A DNA stretch of 64,000 bases, taken from contig CAXXLQ010000004.1 in assembly GCA_963668695.2 (NCBI GenBank), positions 3,200,001 to 3,264,000 of the forward strand. Direction: 5' to 3'. A model generated the notes under the pieces. The model worked only from the letters and a program-made list of their open reading frames with translations. It did not search any database and had not been told where the DNA came from. A program made the position numbers and the translations under genes. Below are positions 29,750-38,785 of the stretch, piece by piece (the first letter of the stretch is position 1; every line of letters starts with the position of its first letter). This DNA is from Vicinamibacteria bacterium (GTDB taxonomy: Bacteria; Acidobacteriota; Vicinamibacteria; Marinacidobacterales; Marinacidobacteraceae).

Positions 29750-31270
29750 GGGCTCCGCCCCCGGGGGATCCACCGAGAAGCGCCAGACCGTGCGGGATCG
29801 ATACTCCTCGCCCGGACGAAGGACGGTGTCGGGGAAACGGGGCTGGTTCGGCGAGTCCGGATAGTGCTGGGTTTCGAGACAGAAACCGGAGCGGTGGCCG
29901 TAGGCGCGCCCGCCCTTGCCGACGACGCTCCCGTCGAGGAAGTTCCCCGAATAGAACTGGATGCCCGGTTCGCTGGTGAAGATGTCGAGCACCCGGCCGC
30001 TCGCCGGATCGCGGACCCGCGCGGCGCGCGCCAAGCCCACGGTTTCGGCGCCGGTGTCGCTGCCGCCGCCGGGCGGCGGGGCGGACTCCCCGCCCAGGAC
30101 GAAGTTGTGGTCGTAGCCGCCGCCCCGGAGCAACTGCGGGTGGGTTTCGCCAATGCGCTCCCCGATCCGCCGCGGGGCGGTGAAGTCGAACGGCGTGCCC
30201 GCCACCGGGACGATCTCGCCCGTCGGAATCAGGGTTTCGTCCACCGGGGTCATGAAATCGGCGTGAAGCAGCAGCTCGTGTTCGAGGACATCGGCGCTCT
30301 CGCCCGCCGACAGGTCGAAGTAGGTATGTTGCGACAGGTTCACCGGGGTGGGCGCGTCGGCGACCGCCCGATAGTCGATCAGTAGTTCATCGTCGTCGGT
30401 GAGCGTATAGGTCACCCGCGCCGACAGGCGCCCCGGGTATCCCTCTTCCCCCGCCGCGCTCTCGTATCCGAGGCAAGCGCTGGCGCGATCCTCGCCAACC
30501 CCGGTTTCGAGTGTCCAGAGCACCTTGTCGAAGCCGCGGATCCCTCCGTGCAGGTGGTTCTCGCCGTTGTTCCGCGCCAGTTCGTAGCGCACGCCATCGA
30601 GCTCGAAGCGGCCGCCGGCGATGCGGTTGGCGTAGCGGCCGACGACCGCGCCGAAGTAGGGGCTGTCCCCCAGATAGCCGTCGAGATCGGCGAAGCCGAG
30701 GGTGATGTCGCCGGGGGACCCGGAGCGGTCAGGCACCCGCAAGGCGCGGATGATCGCCCCGTAGGCGATGATCTCGACTTCGAGTCCCTTCCGGTTCCGG
30801 AGCGTGGCGCCAGCGACTTCGGTCCCGCCGGGAAGGACACCGAAGACGGACTTCGTGACGCGCGCCGGGCTCTCCCCGGCGGGCTGCCCAGTTGCGGCCT
30901 GCCCAGTCGCGGCTTGCCCGGTTGCGGCCTGCCCTGTCGCGGCTTGCCCAGTTGGGGCCTGCCCAGTTGCGGCTTGCCCGGTCGCGGCTTGCCTCGGCGG
31001 CGCGCCGCACCCGGCGCAGAGGGGAAGCGCCATTGCTCCCGCGCCGGCCAGGAGGGTTAACAGCCTGTGGTGAAACCCACGTGAGCGCCGAGACGGGTGA
31101 GGCGCCCGGCTGACAAGGCGCGCGAGGGAGGAATACCGGGTGTATTTCGACCGAAGCGCAACGCAGAGCCCCGCGAAGCGGGGCGGTTCAGCCGGGATGC
31201 ATCGCCCGTCGAACGCCGCGTTGGTTTTGCCACAGGCTGTTGAGACGGCGGTCGGATGCCGGCGCCGCAC
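29747..31270 (-). CDS. galM: Aldose 1-epimerase (galactose mutarotase) lipoprotein
   Basis: YFGAVVGRYANRI, HLHGG, GYPG, NLSQHTYF, GYDHNF and FCLETQHYPDSPN motifs. Start is uncertain (GTG 31270, ATG 31375 or ATG 31033). Confidence 0.9.
   Translation of the reverse strand: MRRRHPTAVSTACGKTNAAFDGRCIPAEPPRFAGLCVALRSKYTRYSSLARLVSRAPHPSRRSRGFHHRLLTLLAGAGAMALPLCAGCGAPPRQAATGQAATGQAPTGQAATGQAATGQAATGQAATGQPAGESPARVTKSVFGVLPGGTEVAGATLRNRKGLEVEIIAYGAIIRALRVPDRSGSPGDITLGFADLDGYLGDSPYFGAVVGRYANRIAGGRFELDGVRYELARNNGENHLHGGIRGFDKVLWTLETGVGEDRASACLGYESAAGEEGYPGRLSARVTYTLTDDDELLIDYRAVADAPTPVNLSQHTYFDLSAGESADVLEHELLLHADFMTPVDETLIPTGEIVPVAGTPFDFTAPRRIGERIGETHPQLLRGGGYDHNFVLGGESAPPPGGGSDTGAETVGLARAARVRDPASGRVLDIFTSEPGIQFYSGNFLDGSVVGKGGRAYGHRSGFCLETQHYPDSPNQPRFPDTVLRPGEEYRSRTVWRFSVDPPGAEP
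30885..30989 (-). repeat. 7 x 15-bp tandem repeat encoding AATGQ linker in GalM
   Basis: TGCCCRGTYGCGGCY-type units on the + strand. Confidence 0.92.
31058..31242. mobile_element. MITE-like repeat inserted in frame in the galM 5' region
   Basis: CAGCC at 31061 to GGCTG at 31239; the minus-strand frame stays open through it. Confidence 0.85.
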
Positions 31271-31447
31271 GCCGGAGCACCGTCCCGGGCGACGAAGGGG
31301 TCGGCGCAGATTCCTTCGGGAGAGCCCGATCCGGACCGCGGAGCCGCGGACACCGGAGGTCGGTCGAATCGTCATCGGGGCGCCGCGGATAGGGGCCGAT
31401 GGTACCCCGGTCAAATTCCCCCCGGCATACCGGGGCAGCGGCCCCGG

Positions 31448-31581
31448 GTGCGCGTTGCGGTCGAACTCGGAAGGGGCTCGGTGAACCGCATCGAGGTGCT
31501 CGCGGTCTCGCCGAGGCCGACGAGGTCATCCTCTCGGACACCTCGGCCTGGGACACCTGGGACGCAATCCGTCTGCGGTAG
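31448..31581 (+). repeat. Direct repeat B, copy 2 (orphan, frameshifted MFP 3' end)
   Basis: Encodes VRVAVELGRGSVNRIEVL / GLAEADEVILSDTSAWDTWDAIRLR*. Confidence 0.9.
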
Positions 31582-31653
31582 GGAATCCCCCGGAGGCCGG
31601 CGCGCCGGGACGGGCGCCGCCTTAGTGAACCGGAGTGAGCGCGAAGTTGCCAC

Positions 31654-34350
31654 TCACGCCGAGGCGAGTTCCTCCGGATCGCCGGGAGTCAGGTGAAGTC
31701 TTCGGGCACCGAGGCCGCGGAAGAGTTGCTCCCGGCAGGTGAGCACGAGGATCTGGACCGTCTGAGCGGCAGAGGTCAGGACATCAAAGAACCGGTCGAG
31801 CCGCTGGTCATCGGAAAACGCCAGCGAATCGTCGAGGATCACCGAAGCAGGCCGGCCCTGTTCGGCGAGAAGTTGCGCAAACGCTAGCCGGACAAGCACC
31901 GTGACCTGTTCGCGGGTGCCCATGCTGAGCTGGTGGTACGGCTCGGCGTGTTCCGGGTCGCGGCGCAACTTCGCGATCGAGAGGTCTTCGTCCACCACAA
32001 TGTCGGCTCCCGGAAACAGGGCGCGTAGGTACGGCCGAACGCGGCTGACGACCGGCGTTACGAAGCGTTCCTTCGCCGCGTTTTCCGCACTACGTAGCGT
32101 GTCAACGAGCAGGGTGAGGATCTGCACCTCTTTTTCGAAGTTTGCGACAGTGGCCCTGTCCTGTTCCAGACTGCGTTCACGCTCGCCGATCTCTTCGTGA
32201 ACCTGCACGGCGTGTCGTTCCTCGGCGCGCGCCTCGAGCCTCGCAATCTCCTGCCGCAGCCGATCCCGCTCACTCCGCCGCTCCGCACGGATTTTGGTCA
32301 GGCGTTGGATCCTCGCTTCAAGGACGGCCACCGAGTCGCCGGTCACCGAACTCTCCAGGCGTTCGACCACACCCGCCCGCTCCTCGCATGCCCGCCGCGC
32401 GCCGCGCACCGCTTCCTCGATATCGGCGTCGGTTCGCTTCGCCTCGGCCCCCGCGAGTTCCGCCTGACGCTGGCGCCACAGCCCGGCGGCAGCTTCCGCC
32501 CGTTGCTTGGTGGCACCCAGCTCGGTCCGTCGCTCTTCGAGCGACTCCTGTGGACCCGCGAGCGCCGCGTTCGCCTCGGCCTGCTTTTGCCGGGCCTCTT
32601 CGGCCGCTTGCCGCTTCTCGGCGACCAACCGCTCGGCCTCGGCGACCGACGGCGGCTCGACATCACCGGATCCAAGGACGCGCGCCGCCGCGCCGTCCGC
32701 CTCGCGGACCTGTCGCGCCAGTTCCTCGAGTCCATCGGGGGCGCGGTCCGCAAGTTCGTGCTCGGCCCTTGCTACTTCGGCAAGCGCCGCTTCGCGCTGC
32801 CAAAAGCGGGTTTCGGCCTCCGACATGTCCGCGACGCCGACGGCGTCGAGCGCCGCCGCCTGCGCTGTCAGCGCCTCCCGGCTCTGCTGATCGAGCGTTT
32901 CGAGGTCTCGCACTGCCGGTTCTATGGTGATCCGACCCCAATCGGGAATCGTGAGGATCGTCGGCGCCAGGGCGCGAAACCGCGCGCCGCCATCTCCAAG
33001 CGGCGTGCCATCGCGGGTCACGCCAATCAGCCTCTCCGGTGACGCCTCAAGCGCGACGGTGGTCGCGGCGGCATTCCGGAGTGCCGCTACCGTTTCCACC
33101 CGCCGCGCCGCTTGGCGCAATCCTTCCAGCACCTCCGAAGTCAGCGGGATCGCCACAGCTTCGAGTTCCGCGCTGCGTCTCCGCTCAGCGGCTGCGGTGG
33201 CGCGCCGGTGTCTAGCTCGCAGAACAGCCCGGGCGTCTCCCCTTACCACTGCGTTGAGGACGCGACCGGCGCGGGACTCCGCAAGTGCCGCTTCGTCCGC
33301 CGCGGTCCGAGCGTTAGCCACCGCACCCCGCAGCCCCGAGACGTTGGCTTCCACGGCATCGACCGCCGATTGCGCGGCGGCGAGTTCACCTTCGGCGGTT
33401 TCCGAATCGCGCCGTGCCTCTGCCACCGCCGTCCGTAGCGCGGCACGCCGTTTGAGGTTGCTCTCCGCGTCGGCGAGGTCGCGGCCTCGCAATTCCGCTT
33501 CGGCCCTAGCAGCCTTGATGCGCTCTTCGAGCCTCGCGGCTTCGGTGTGCTCTCGTCGAGCGGCTTCCAACTGGGCTTCGAGCTGTTCTTCCTCCACGCC
33601 GTCCTTCGATTCAAGCGACGCCAACTCCGCCGAGCGCCGATCCAGTTCGTCGAGGATGGCAGAGACCTCGTCGCGCTGCCCACGCAGGTCGGCAAGCATC
33701 GCCTCGGTCGCGGTGACCCTCTCCACCGCTGTGGCGTACTCATTACGCAAACGTCGCTGCTGCGGGGAGATAAGCGCTGCGAGTTGTTCTTCGAGCGCCG
33801 ACACGACGTTCGCACCTCGGTTGCCGCCGAGAACATCGCCGACCTCGGCCTCGAGCGCCTGGTAGAGGCTTGCCCGCGCCTGTGCGGTGACCGCAACCGA
33901 GCCCGAAGAATCCCCCTGCCGCACCCAGAGAACGCTCCAGATCCCCCGCGTTTCCGGATTCGCGCCGTGCGGGCCCGACTGCTCGAACGAGAGCCGCTTG
34001 CGCAGTGCGTGTTCGGCTTCGCCGCCCTCCAACTGACGCCCGTCGGGACAGTGGAGTCGAGCGTAAGGCTTCTTCAGGAAACGCTTCTCAATGCGGTAAG
34101 GGCCGTCTTCGAGTTCGAAGTCGACATGGACAACCGGCGCCGCCCGGTTTCGGTCGTTTTGGAGCGCGCGGATCGGTTTCGCGGCGGAGCCGTGGCGCTC
34201 GAAGAACACCGCTCCGATGGCGTCGAGAAGCGTAGATTTGCCCATTTCGTTCGGGCCAATGAGGATGTTCAGCCCGTCGCCGATCCCGTCGAGACGCGTG
34301 GGCGCCGTGAACTTGCGGAACTGGTTAACGGCGACCGAGCGGAGTTTCAT
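31654..34350 (-). CDS. SMC/Rad50-like ATPase (YhaN-like)
   Basis: GPNEMGKST Walker A, WVRQG Q-loop, long coiled coil, LSMGTREQ signature, VILDD Walker B, LTC. Confidence 0.88.
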   Translation of the reverse strand: MKLRSVAVNQFRKFTAPTRLDGIGDGLNILIGPNEMGKSTLLDAIGAVFFERHGSAAKPIRALQNDRNRAAPVVHVDFELEDGPYRIEKRFLKKPYARLHCPDGRQLEGGEAEHALRKRLSFEQSGPHGANPETRGIWSVLWVRQGDSSGSVAVTAQARASLYQALEAEVGDVLGGNRGANVVSALEEQLAALISPQQRRLRNEYATAVERVTATEAMLADLRGQRDEVSAILDELDRRSAELASLESKDGVEEEQLEAQLEAARREHTEAARLEERIKAARAEAELRGRDLADAESNLKRRAALRTAVAEARRDSETAEGELAAAQSAVDAVEANVSGLRGAVANARTAADEAALAESRAGRVLNAVVRGDARAVLRARHRRATAAAERRRSAELEAVAIPLTSEVLEGLRQAARRVETVAALRNAAATTVALEASPERLIGVTRDGTPLGDGGARFRALAPTILTIPDWGRITIEPAVRDLETLDQQSREALTAQAAALDAVGVADMSEAETRFWQREAALAEVARAEHELADRAPDGLEELARQVREADGAAARVLGSGDVEPPSVAEAERLVAEKRQAAEEARQKQAEANAALAGPQESLEERRTELGATKQRAEAAAGLWRQRQAELAGAEAKRTDADIEEAVRGARRACEERAGVVERLESSVTGDSVAVLEARIQRLTKIRAERRSERDRLRQEIARLEARAEERHAVQVHEEIGERERSLEQDRATVANFEKEVQILTLLVDTLRSAENAAKERFVTPVVSRVRPYLRALFPGADIVVDEDLSIAKLRRDPEHAEPYHQLSMGTREQVTVLVRLAFAQLLAEQGRPASVILDDSLAFSDDQRLDRFFDVLTSAAQTVQILVLTCREQLFRGLGARRLHLTPGDPEELASA

Positions 34351-35486
34351 CGGTTGGCGGCCGTCAGTTTTTGGTGCTCGACATACAGCCGGCAAAGCGC
34401 CGCCTGCGCGAGCTTCCCCTCGGGAGTGTGGCCGTCTGTGGCCGCCCGCCGCCGAAGCTCGTCCGCGGCGCGGCGCACGAATCCGTCGGGGCCAATCCGG
34501 TCCAGATCGGCCTCCGTGGGCTCAGCATACAAGTGCTCCCGATGCACCCGGAGCACTGCGAACGCGGCCCCGACCGTTTCCACGATCCGCTGCTCGAAGT
34601 AGAGGAACTCCTCCAGCGATAGCGCACCTTCGACGCGGAGATCCACGAGGGTGTTTCCGAGCGGATCGTCGAGGCCGCGTAATCGGCGCTCGAGGTCGTC
34701 CACCGCCTCGCGCCCGTCGAGCTTCGCGGTGTGCTCCACCCAGCGGTATCGGCCCGTGTCGAGGGCACGAACCCGCGGCGGCGTCTCCCGTTCCGTTATT
34801 TCGACGAGCAGCGCCTGGCCACGCTCCCCGGCACCGAAGCGGTCTGTTTCCGGCGTGCCGCTGTACCAGCAGCGTTCGCCGACCGATCTCTGCCTGTGCC
34901 AGTCGCCGAGTGCGAGGTATACAAGCGCGGCTTTTTCCGGCCGGTCAGGCGCGATGAAGTTGGGTGTCGGAGTATCGTCGGAACCGAACCCGGCGACCGT
35001 GCCGTGCGCGAGCCCGATCCGCAGGGTGTCGCCCGGCGGGGCGTCGGACATCCAGGCGGTCGGATCCACGAGACTCCGCCGGTGGAGGAGCGGGGCGGGC
35101 AGCAGCGAGACGCCCTCCTCGATGAGCGTCGCCTGGGGGCCGCAGTGGACGCGGACATTGGGCGGCAATCCGCGCCGCACCAACTGATCCCAGAGGCCGT
35201 TCCGTCGGTGGGGGTCATGGTTTCCGGGAAGCAGATGCCACTGGACCGAACGGAAGGCCCGCATCCGCTCGATCGGCTCGTTGACCGACCGCCGTGAGAG
35301 CTCCGCGGAGTCGTACACATCCCCGGCCACGAGAACGTGTCCGGCGCCGTGTTCGCCGGCGAGTTCACCGAGACGGGTGACAGCATCGAGCCGCGCCGCC
35401 TGCAGCACGCCCATCCGCGCCTCGTCCACAAACCGGAAGACCTTGCCGATGTGCCAGTCGGAGGTATGAATGAAACGGAATGGCAT
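34347..35486 (-). CDS. Mre11/SbcD-like metallophosphoesterase nuclease (YhaO-like)
   Basis: HTSDWHIG, AGDVYD, PGNHD, AHG, LGDWH and YSGTPE motifs. Confidence 0.92.
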   Translation of the reverse strand: MPFRFIHTSDWHIGKVFRFVDEARMGVLQAARLDAVTRLGELAGEHGAGHVLVAGDVYDSAELSRRSVNEPIERMRAFRSVQWHLLPGNHDPHRRNGLWDQLVRRGLPPNVRVHCGPQATLIEEGVSLLPAPLLHRRSLVDPTAWMSDAPPGDTLRIGLAHGTVAGFGSDDTPTPNFIAPDRPEKAALVYLALGDWHRQRSVGERCWYSGTPETDRFGAGERGQALLVEITERETPPRVRALDTGRYRWVEHTAKLDGREAVDDLERRLRGLDDPLGNTLVDLRVEGALSLEEFLYFEQRIVETVGAAFAVLRVHREHLYAEPTEADLDRIGPDGFVRRAADELRRRAATDGHTPEGKLAQAALCRLYVEHQKLTAANR

Positions 35487-35848
35487 GGATCACCCCCGAC
35501 GCGGATCAACCAGGCGCCCGCGGCGGGAATCATCGCATCCGACAGGAGACCACCGACCTTCCCGAGGTTGCGGATCCCGGCGTTTTGGTCTCGGTGTGGA
35601 GGAGTATCGTCGTCGAGACGCTTTGAGTTGCACCACTCCGACGTCTCCCCGATGAAGCGGTTTCTGCACCGGCTCGGTCCTCCGGGTTCGAGCGCGCCCC
35701 GAGCCGCTCCGTACCGACACACACCGGTTAGCAGTCGCCGGCAATCCTGTCCGGCACACGCGTGAAGCTGAAGGCGTCAGCGCCCGTCCCCGCCCCGTCA
35801 TCGGGTCCGGCGCGCACGAGCGCCCCCGGAACCGGACCGCTCCGGACT

Positions 35849-36033
35849 CAGCAGCCTGTGGATAAAGTGACGTGTGCGCCGAGATCGGTGAGGCGCCCGG
35901 CTGACAAGGCGCGTGAGGGAGGAATACCGAGTGTATTTCGACCGAAACGCAACGCAGAGCGACGCGAAGCGGCGCGGTTCAGCCGGGATGCATCGCCGGT
36001 CGAACGCCGCGTGACTTTGTCCACAGGCTGCTA
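35849..36033. mobile_element. MITE-like repeat (single copy)
   Basis: CAGCCTGTGGATAAAGT at 35852 to ACTTTGTCCACAGGCTG at 36030; the right flank is the TAG stop of the 36031-36657 gene. Confidence 0.85.
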
Positions 36034-36657
36034 GGGCCGGGTGAGGGAGAGCGCGATGCGGTCGGCCACCCAGTCCGCAAGTTCGGCGCCTGCTCGCTCA
36101 CCGGGCTCCGGCATCCCGAGCGGGAACCGCTCGGCGAATACGTGGGGCGGGTCGGAGTCCCGCACCAGCAGGATGTCCAGGCGAATCTCCTCGCCGCCGG
36201 TTTCTGCCGATCGGGGGGGCGCCCACGAGGACCCCGGGCCGAGCGGGCTGCCGGGACCCGATTCGATGCTGCCGGCCAGGACGTAGTCGGCCCCGAGCCG
36301 GGCCGCGATTCCGACCAGGCCTTCCTCGCGCTCCTGGGGGCCGAACGCGGGACGCAGCCGGCGCGGCGAGAGCTCGAAGATGCCGGCCGCATCCTCATCG
36401 AGGCGCGTGCGGACCGCTTCCGTGAACTGCCGGGCTAACGAGGTGAACTCGCCCCGGCCGGTGCGGTTGTCGAAGTCCGGGATCAGCAGCACCGGACGGC
36501 TGACCGGGTCGGGCTTACGGATCACGGTGGGCTTACCGGCGACCGCGAGGAGGGTGAGGCCGCTCCCCAGCGCGAGGATTGCCGCCACCACAAAAAAGCC
36601 TCTCGGCAGACCGCTTCTCACCTTGCCCCCGAACGCTAGCGCGGCGATCATAAGCAC
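36031..36657 (-). CDS. Membrane-anchored protein with TolB-N/FlgO-like domain
   Basis: TM helix followed by LLIPDFDNRTG...LGADYVLAGSI. Confidence 0.55.
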   Translation of the reverse strand: MLMIAALAFGGKVRSGLPRGFFVVAAILALGSGLTLLAVAGKPTVIRKPDPVSRPVLLIPDFDNRTGRGEFTSLARQFTEAVRTRLDEDAAGIFELSPRRLRPAFGPQEREEGLVGIAARLGADYVLAGSIESGPGSPLGPGSSWAPPRSAETGGEEIRLDILLVRDSDPPHVFAERFPLGMPEPGERAGAELADWVADRIALSLTRP

Positions 36658-36665
36658 CGGAATCC

Positions 36666-37457
36666 ATGAACGCCGTCGCCCTCGTGAAGCAGGTTCCCGA
36701 CCGGAACTCGGCGTTTCGTCCGGCGGGTGACTGGATTGACGAATCCAGTCTCGGCTACGGCATCAACGACTACGACCGTTACGCCGTGGAAGCGATCCTG
36801 GCCCTGAAAGAGGCGGGGCACGCGGCGGAGACGATCGCGGTAACCGCGGGTCCGGCGGACGCGGGCCAGGTGCTGAGGAGTTGTCTCGCCATGGGAGTGG
36901 ACCGCGGTGTCCACCTGGTGACCGACCGCACCCACCTCGCGGACCCCTTCTTCGTGGCGCGGGCGCTCGCGGATGCGGTGGAGAAGCTGGAGCCCGCCGT
37001 CGTGACCGCCGGCCTTCTCGCCGAGGACAGCGGCCACGGACAGGTGGGCGGGCTGGTGGCCGGCCTGCTGGGGTACTCGTTCGCGTCCGCGGTAACCGAG
37101 ATGCACTTCCGGGACGGATCGCTCGAGGTGCACCGGGAACTCGAAGGCGGCCGGATCGCGGTCGTCGCACTGCGCCTGCCGGCGGTGGTGGCCGTCCAGA
37201 CCGGCATCAATACTCCGCGCTACGCGAGCCTGCGCGGAATCATGGCGTCGCGGCGCAAGCCGGTCGAGCGCACCGACCTCGCGGCGCCGGACGGCAGTAG
37301 CAGGGTCCGGGGCGGGCTCCGGCGGCTGACGCTCAAAAAGCCCGAACGCGGCGCCGGCGCCGAGATTCTCCAGGGTTCTCCCGCGGAGGTGGCGGCGGCG
37401 CTCGTTCCCCGGATCCGCGCCGGCGCCGGGATTTCCTTTCCCGGCGACGCCGTATGA
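36666..37457 (+). CDS. etfB: Electron transfer flavoprotein beta subunit
   Basis: VKQVPD, NDYDRYAVE, AMGVDRG, RELEGG and NTPRYASLRGIM motifs. Confidence 0.95.
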   Translation: MNAVALVKQVPDRNSAFRPAGDWIDESSLGYGINDYDRYAVEAILALKEAGHAAETIAVTAGPADAGQVLRSCLAMGVDRGVHLVTDRTHLADPFFVARALADAVEKLEPAVVTAGLLAEDSGHGQVGGLVAGLLGYSFASAVTEMHFRDGSLEVHRELEGGRIAVVALRLPAVVAVQTGINTPRYASLRGIMASRRKPVERTDLAAPDGSSRVRGGLRRLTLKKPERGAGAEILQGSPAEVAAALVPRIRAGAGISFPGDAV

Positions 37458-38437
37458 GCCGCCGGGTCCTGATTCTCGCGGAGCGGGGCGAAACCGGCAT
37501 CACGGACTCCAGCTACGAGCTGATCGAGGCCGCCTCCCGCCTGGCCGGCAGTTCGGAGGAGGTGAGCGCCGTCCTTCCGGTCGGTGACGCCAGCGACGCC
37601 GAAGCACTGACCGGCGCCTTTCCCGCGGGGGAACTGCTGCTCGTCGAGGGGCCGGCCCTCGCGGCCCCGACCGCGGATGGCTACGCCGCCGCCGTCCTGC
37701 ATGCCCGGGAGGCCAGCGGGGCGGAGTGCATCCTGCTGTCCCACAACCCGGTCGGCTGGGACGTCGCGCCGCTCGTCGCCGCGCAGCTCGGGACCGCGGC
37801 CGCCACCGCGGTGTCGGCGCTTTCCTGGCGCGAGGGCGGCCTGGTCGCGAAACGGTCGGCGTTCCTCGGCAAGTTCGTCCAGGAGGTGCTGGCGCCGGGC
37901 CTTCCCGCGGTGGCGACGGTCGAGCGCGGCGCCTTCCCGGCCCGGAAGGCGGGTCCGGCGTCCTCCGTCCGCATCCTCCCCTCCCCCGTCGGGCCGGACG
38001 ATCTGCGCTCGCGTCTCGTGGAAGTGCGGGACGCCGGCGGCGGCGGAGTGGATCTGACCGCGGCGGAGGTGGTGGTCGCCGCCGGACGGGGCCTCGGCGG
38101 CCCCGAAAACCTGGAAATCGTGCGGGAGCTGGCGGCCGCGCTCGGGGGCGTGGTCGGAGCTTCCCGGGCGGTGACCGACGCCGGCTGGCTGCCTCACGAG
38201 TTGCAGATCGGCTCGAGCGGCGCGACCGTGTCGCCGAAGCTCTACGTCGCTTGCGCGATCTCGGGCGCCATCCAGCATCTCGTCGGCATGCGCGGCTCCC
38301 GCTTCGTGGTGGCCATCAACAAGGATCCCGACGCTCCGATCTTCGGCGCGGCCGACCTGGGCATCGTCGGCGACGCCCTGGAAATCCTCCCGGCGCTCAC
38401 CGAGGCGATCCGCAACCCGGACCGGACCCGCGGCTAG
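37454..38437 (+). CDS. etfA: Electron transfer flavoprotein alpha subunit
   Basis: [40 protein letters not shown] and [11 protein letters not shown] motifs. Confidence 0.96.
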   Translation: MSRRVLILAERGETGITDSSYELIEAASRLAGSSEEVSAVLPVGDASDAEALTGAFPAGELLLVEGPALAAPTADGYAAAVLHAREASGAECILLSHNPVGWDVAPLVAAQLGTAAATAVSALSWREGGLVAKRSAFLGKFVQEVLAPGLPAVATVERGAFPARKAGPASSVRILPSPVGPDDLRSRLVEVRDAGGGGVDLTAAEVVVAAGRGLGGPENLEIVRELAAALGGVVGASRAVTDAGWLPHELQIGSSGATVSPKLYVACAISGAIQHLVGMRGSRFVVAINKDPDAPIFGAADLGIVGDALEILPALTEAIRNPDRTRG

Positions 38438-38516
38438 CCAGGGTTTCTGCTGCGCCATACGGGGACTGGCGACGGGAGTTTCCTATTCCCTGCGGTGCCA
38501 TGCGGGGAACAACGAT

Positions 38517-38607
38517 GGGAGTTTCGCGGCCTGCGGCCGCGATGCCGGTCTGAAGACCGGCGTTCCTGCCCGCCGGGGCGCGATGCCGGTCTGAAGACCG
38601 GCGCTCC
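38517..38607 (+). repeat. Two REP-like palindromes GCCGGTCTGAAGACCGGC
   Basis: Perfect hairpins at 38544-38561 and 38585-38602; related copies at 41318-41386, 52506-52523, 52588-52608, 63890-63907 and 63948-63998. Confidence 0.8.
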
Positions 38608-38785
38608 TACGTCCCCGCCGGAGGGGCGCGGGAACCCGGTGAACTTCCGTCCGGCTCCGTTCGTTATACCGGACCGGTGAAGGGCGCCGGCGCCGCTCCC
38701 GCGCCTTCCGCCGCCGGGCCGCCCCAGGCATCGCCGGACACCACCGGACGCGGCCGAGCACCGCCGGACACGGCCTCTTCCGAAC

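Noticed and set aside
25682-31581. Possible diversity-generating retroelement VR/TR pairs (also 14281/19901)
   Set aside because: Differences are not adenine-specific, many are synonymous, and there is no reverse transcriptase in the window.
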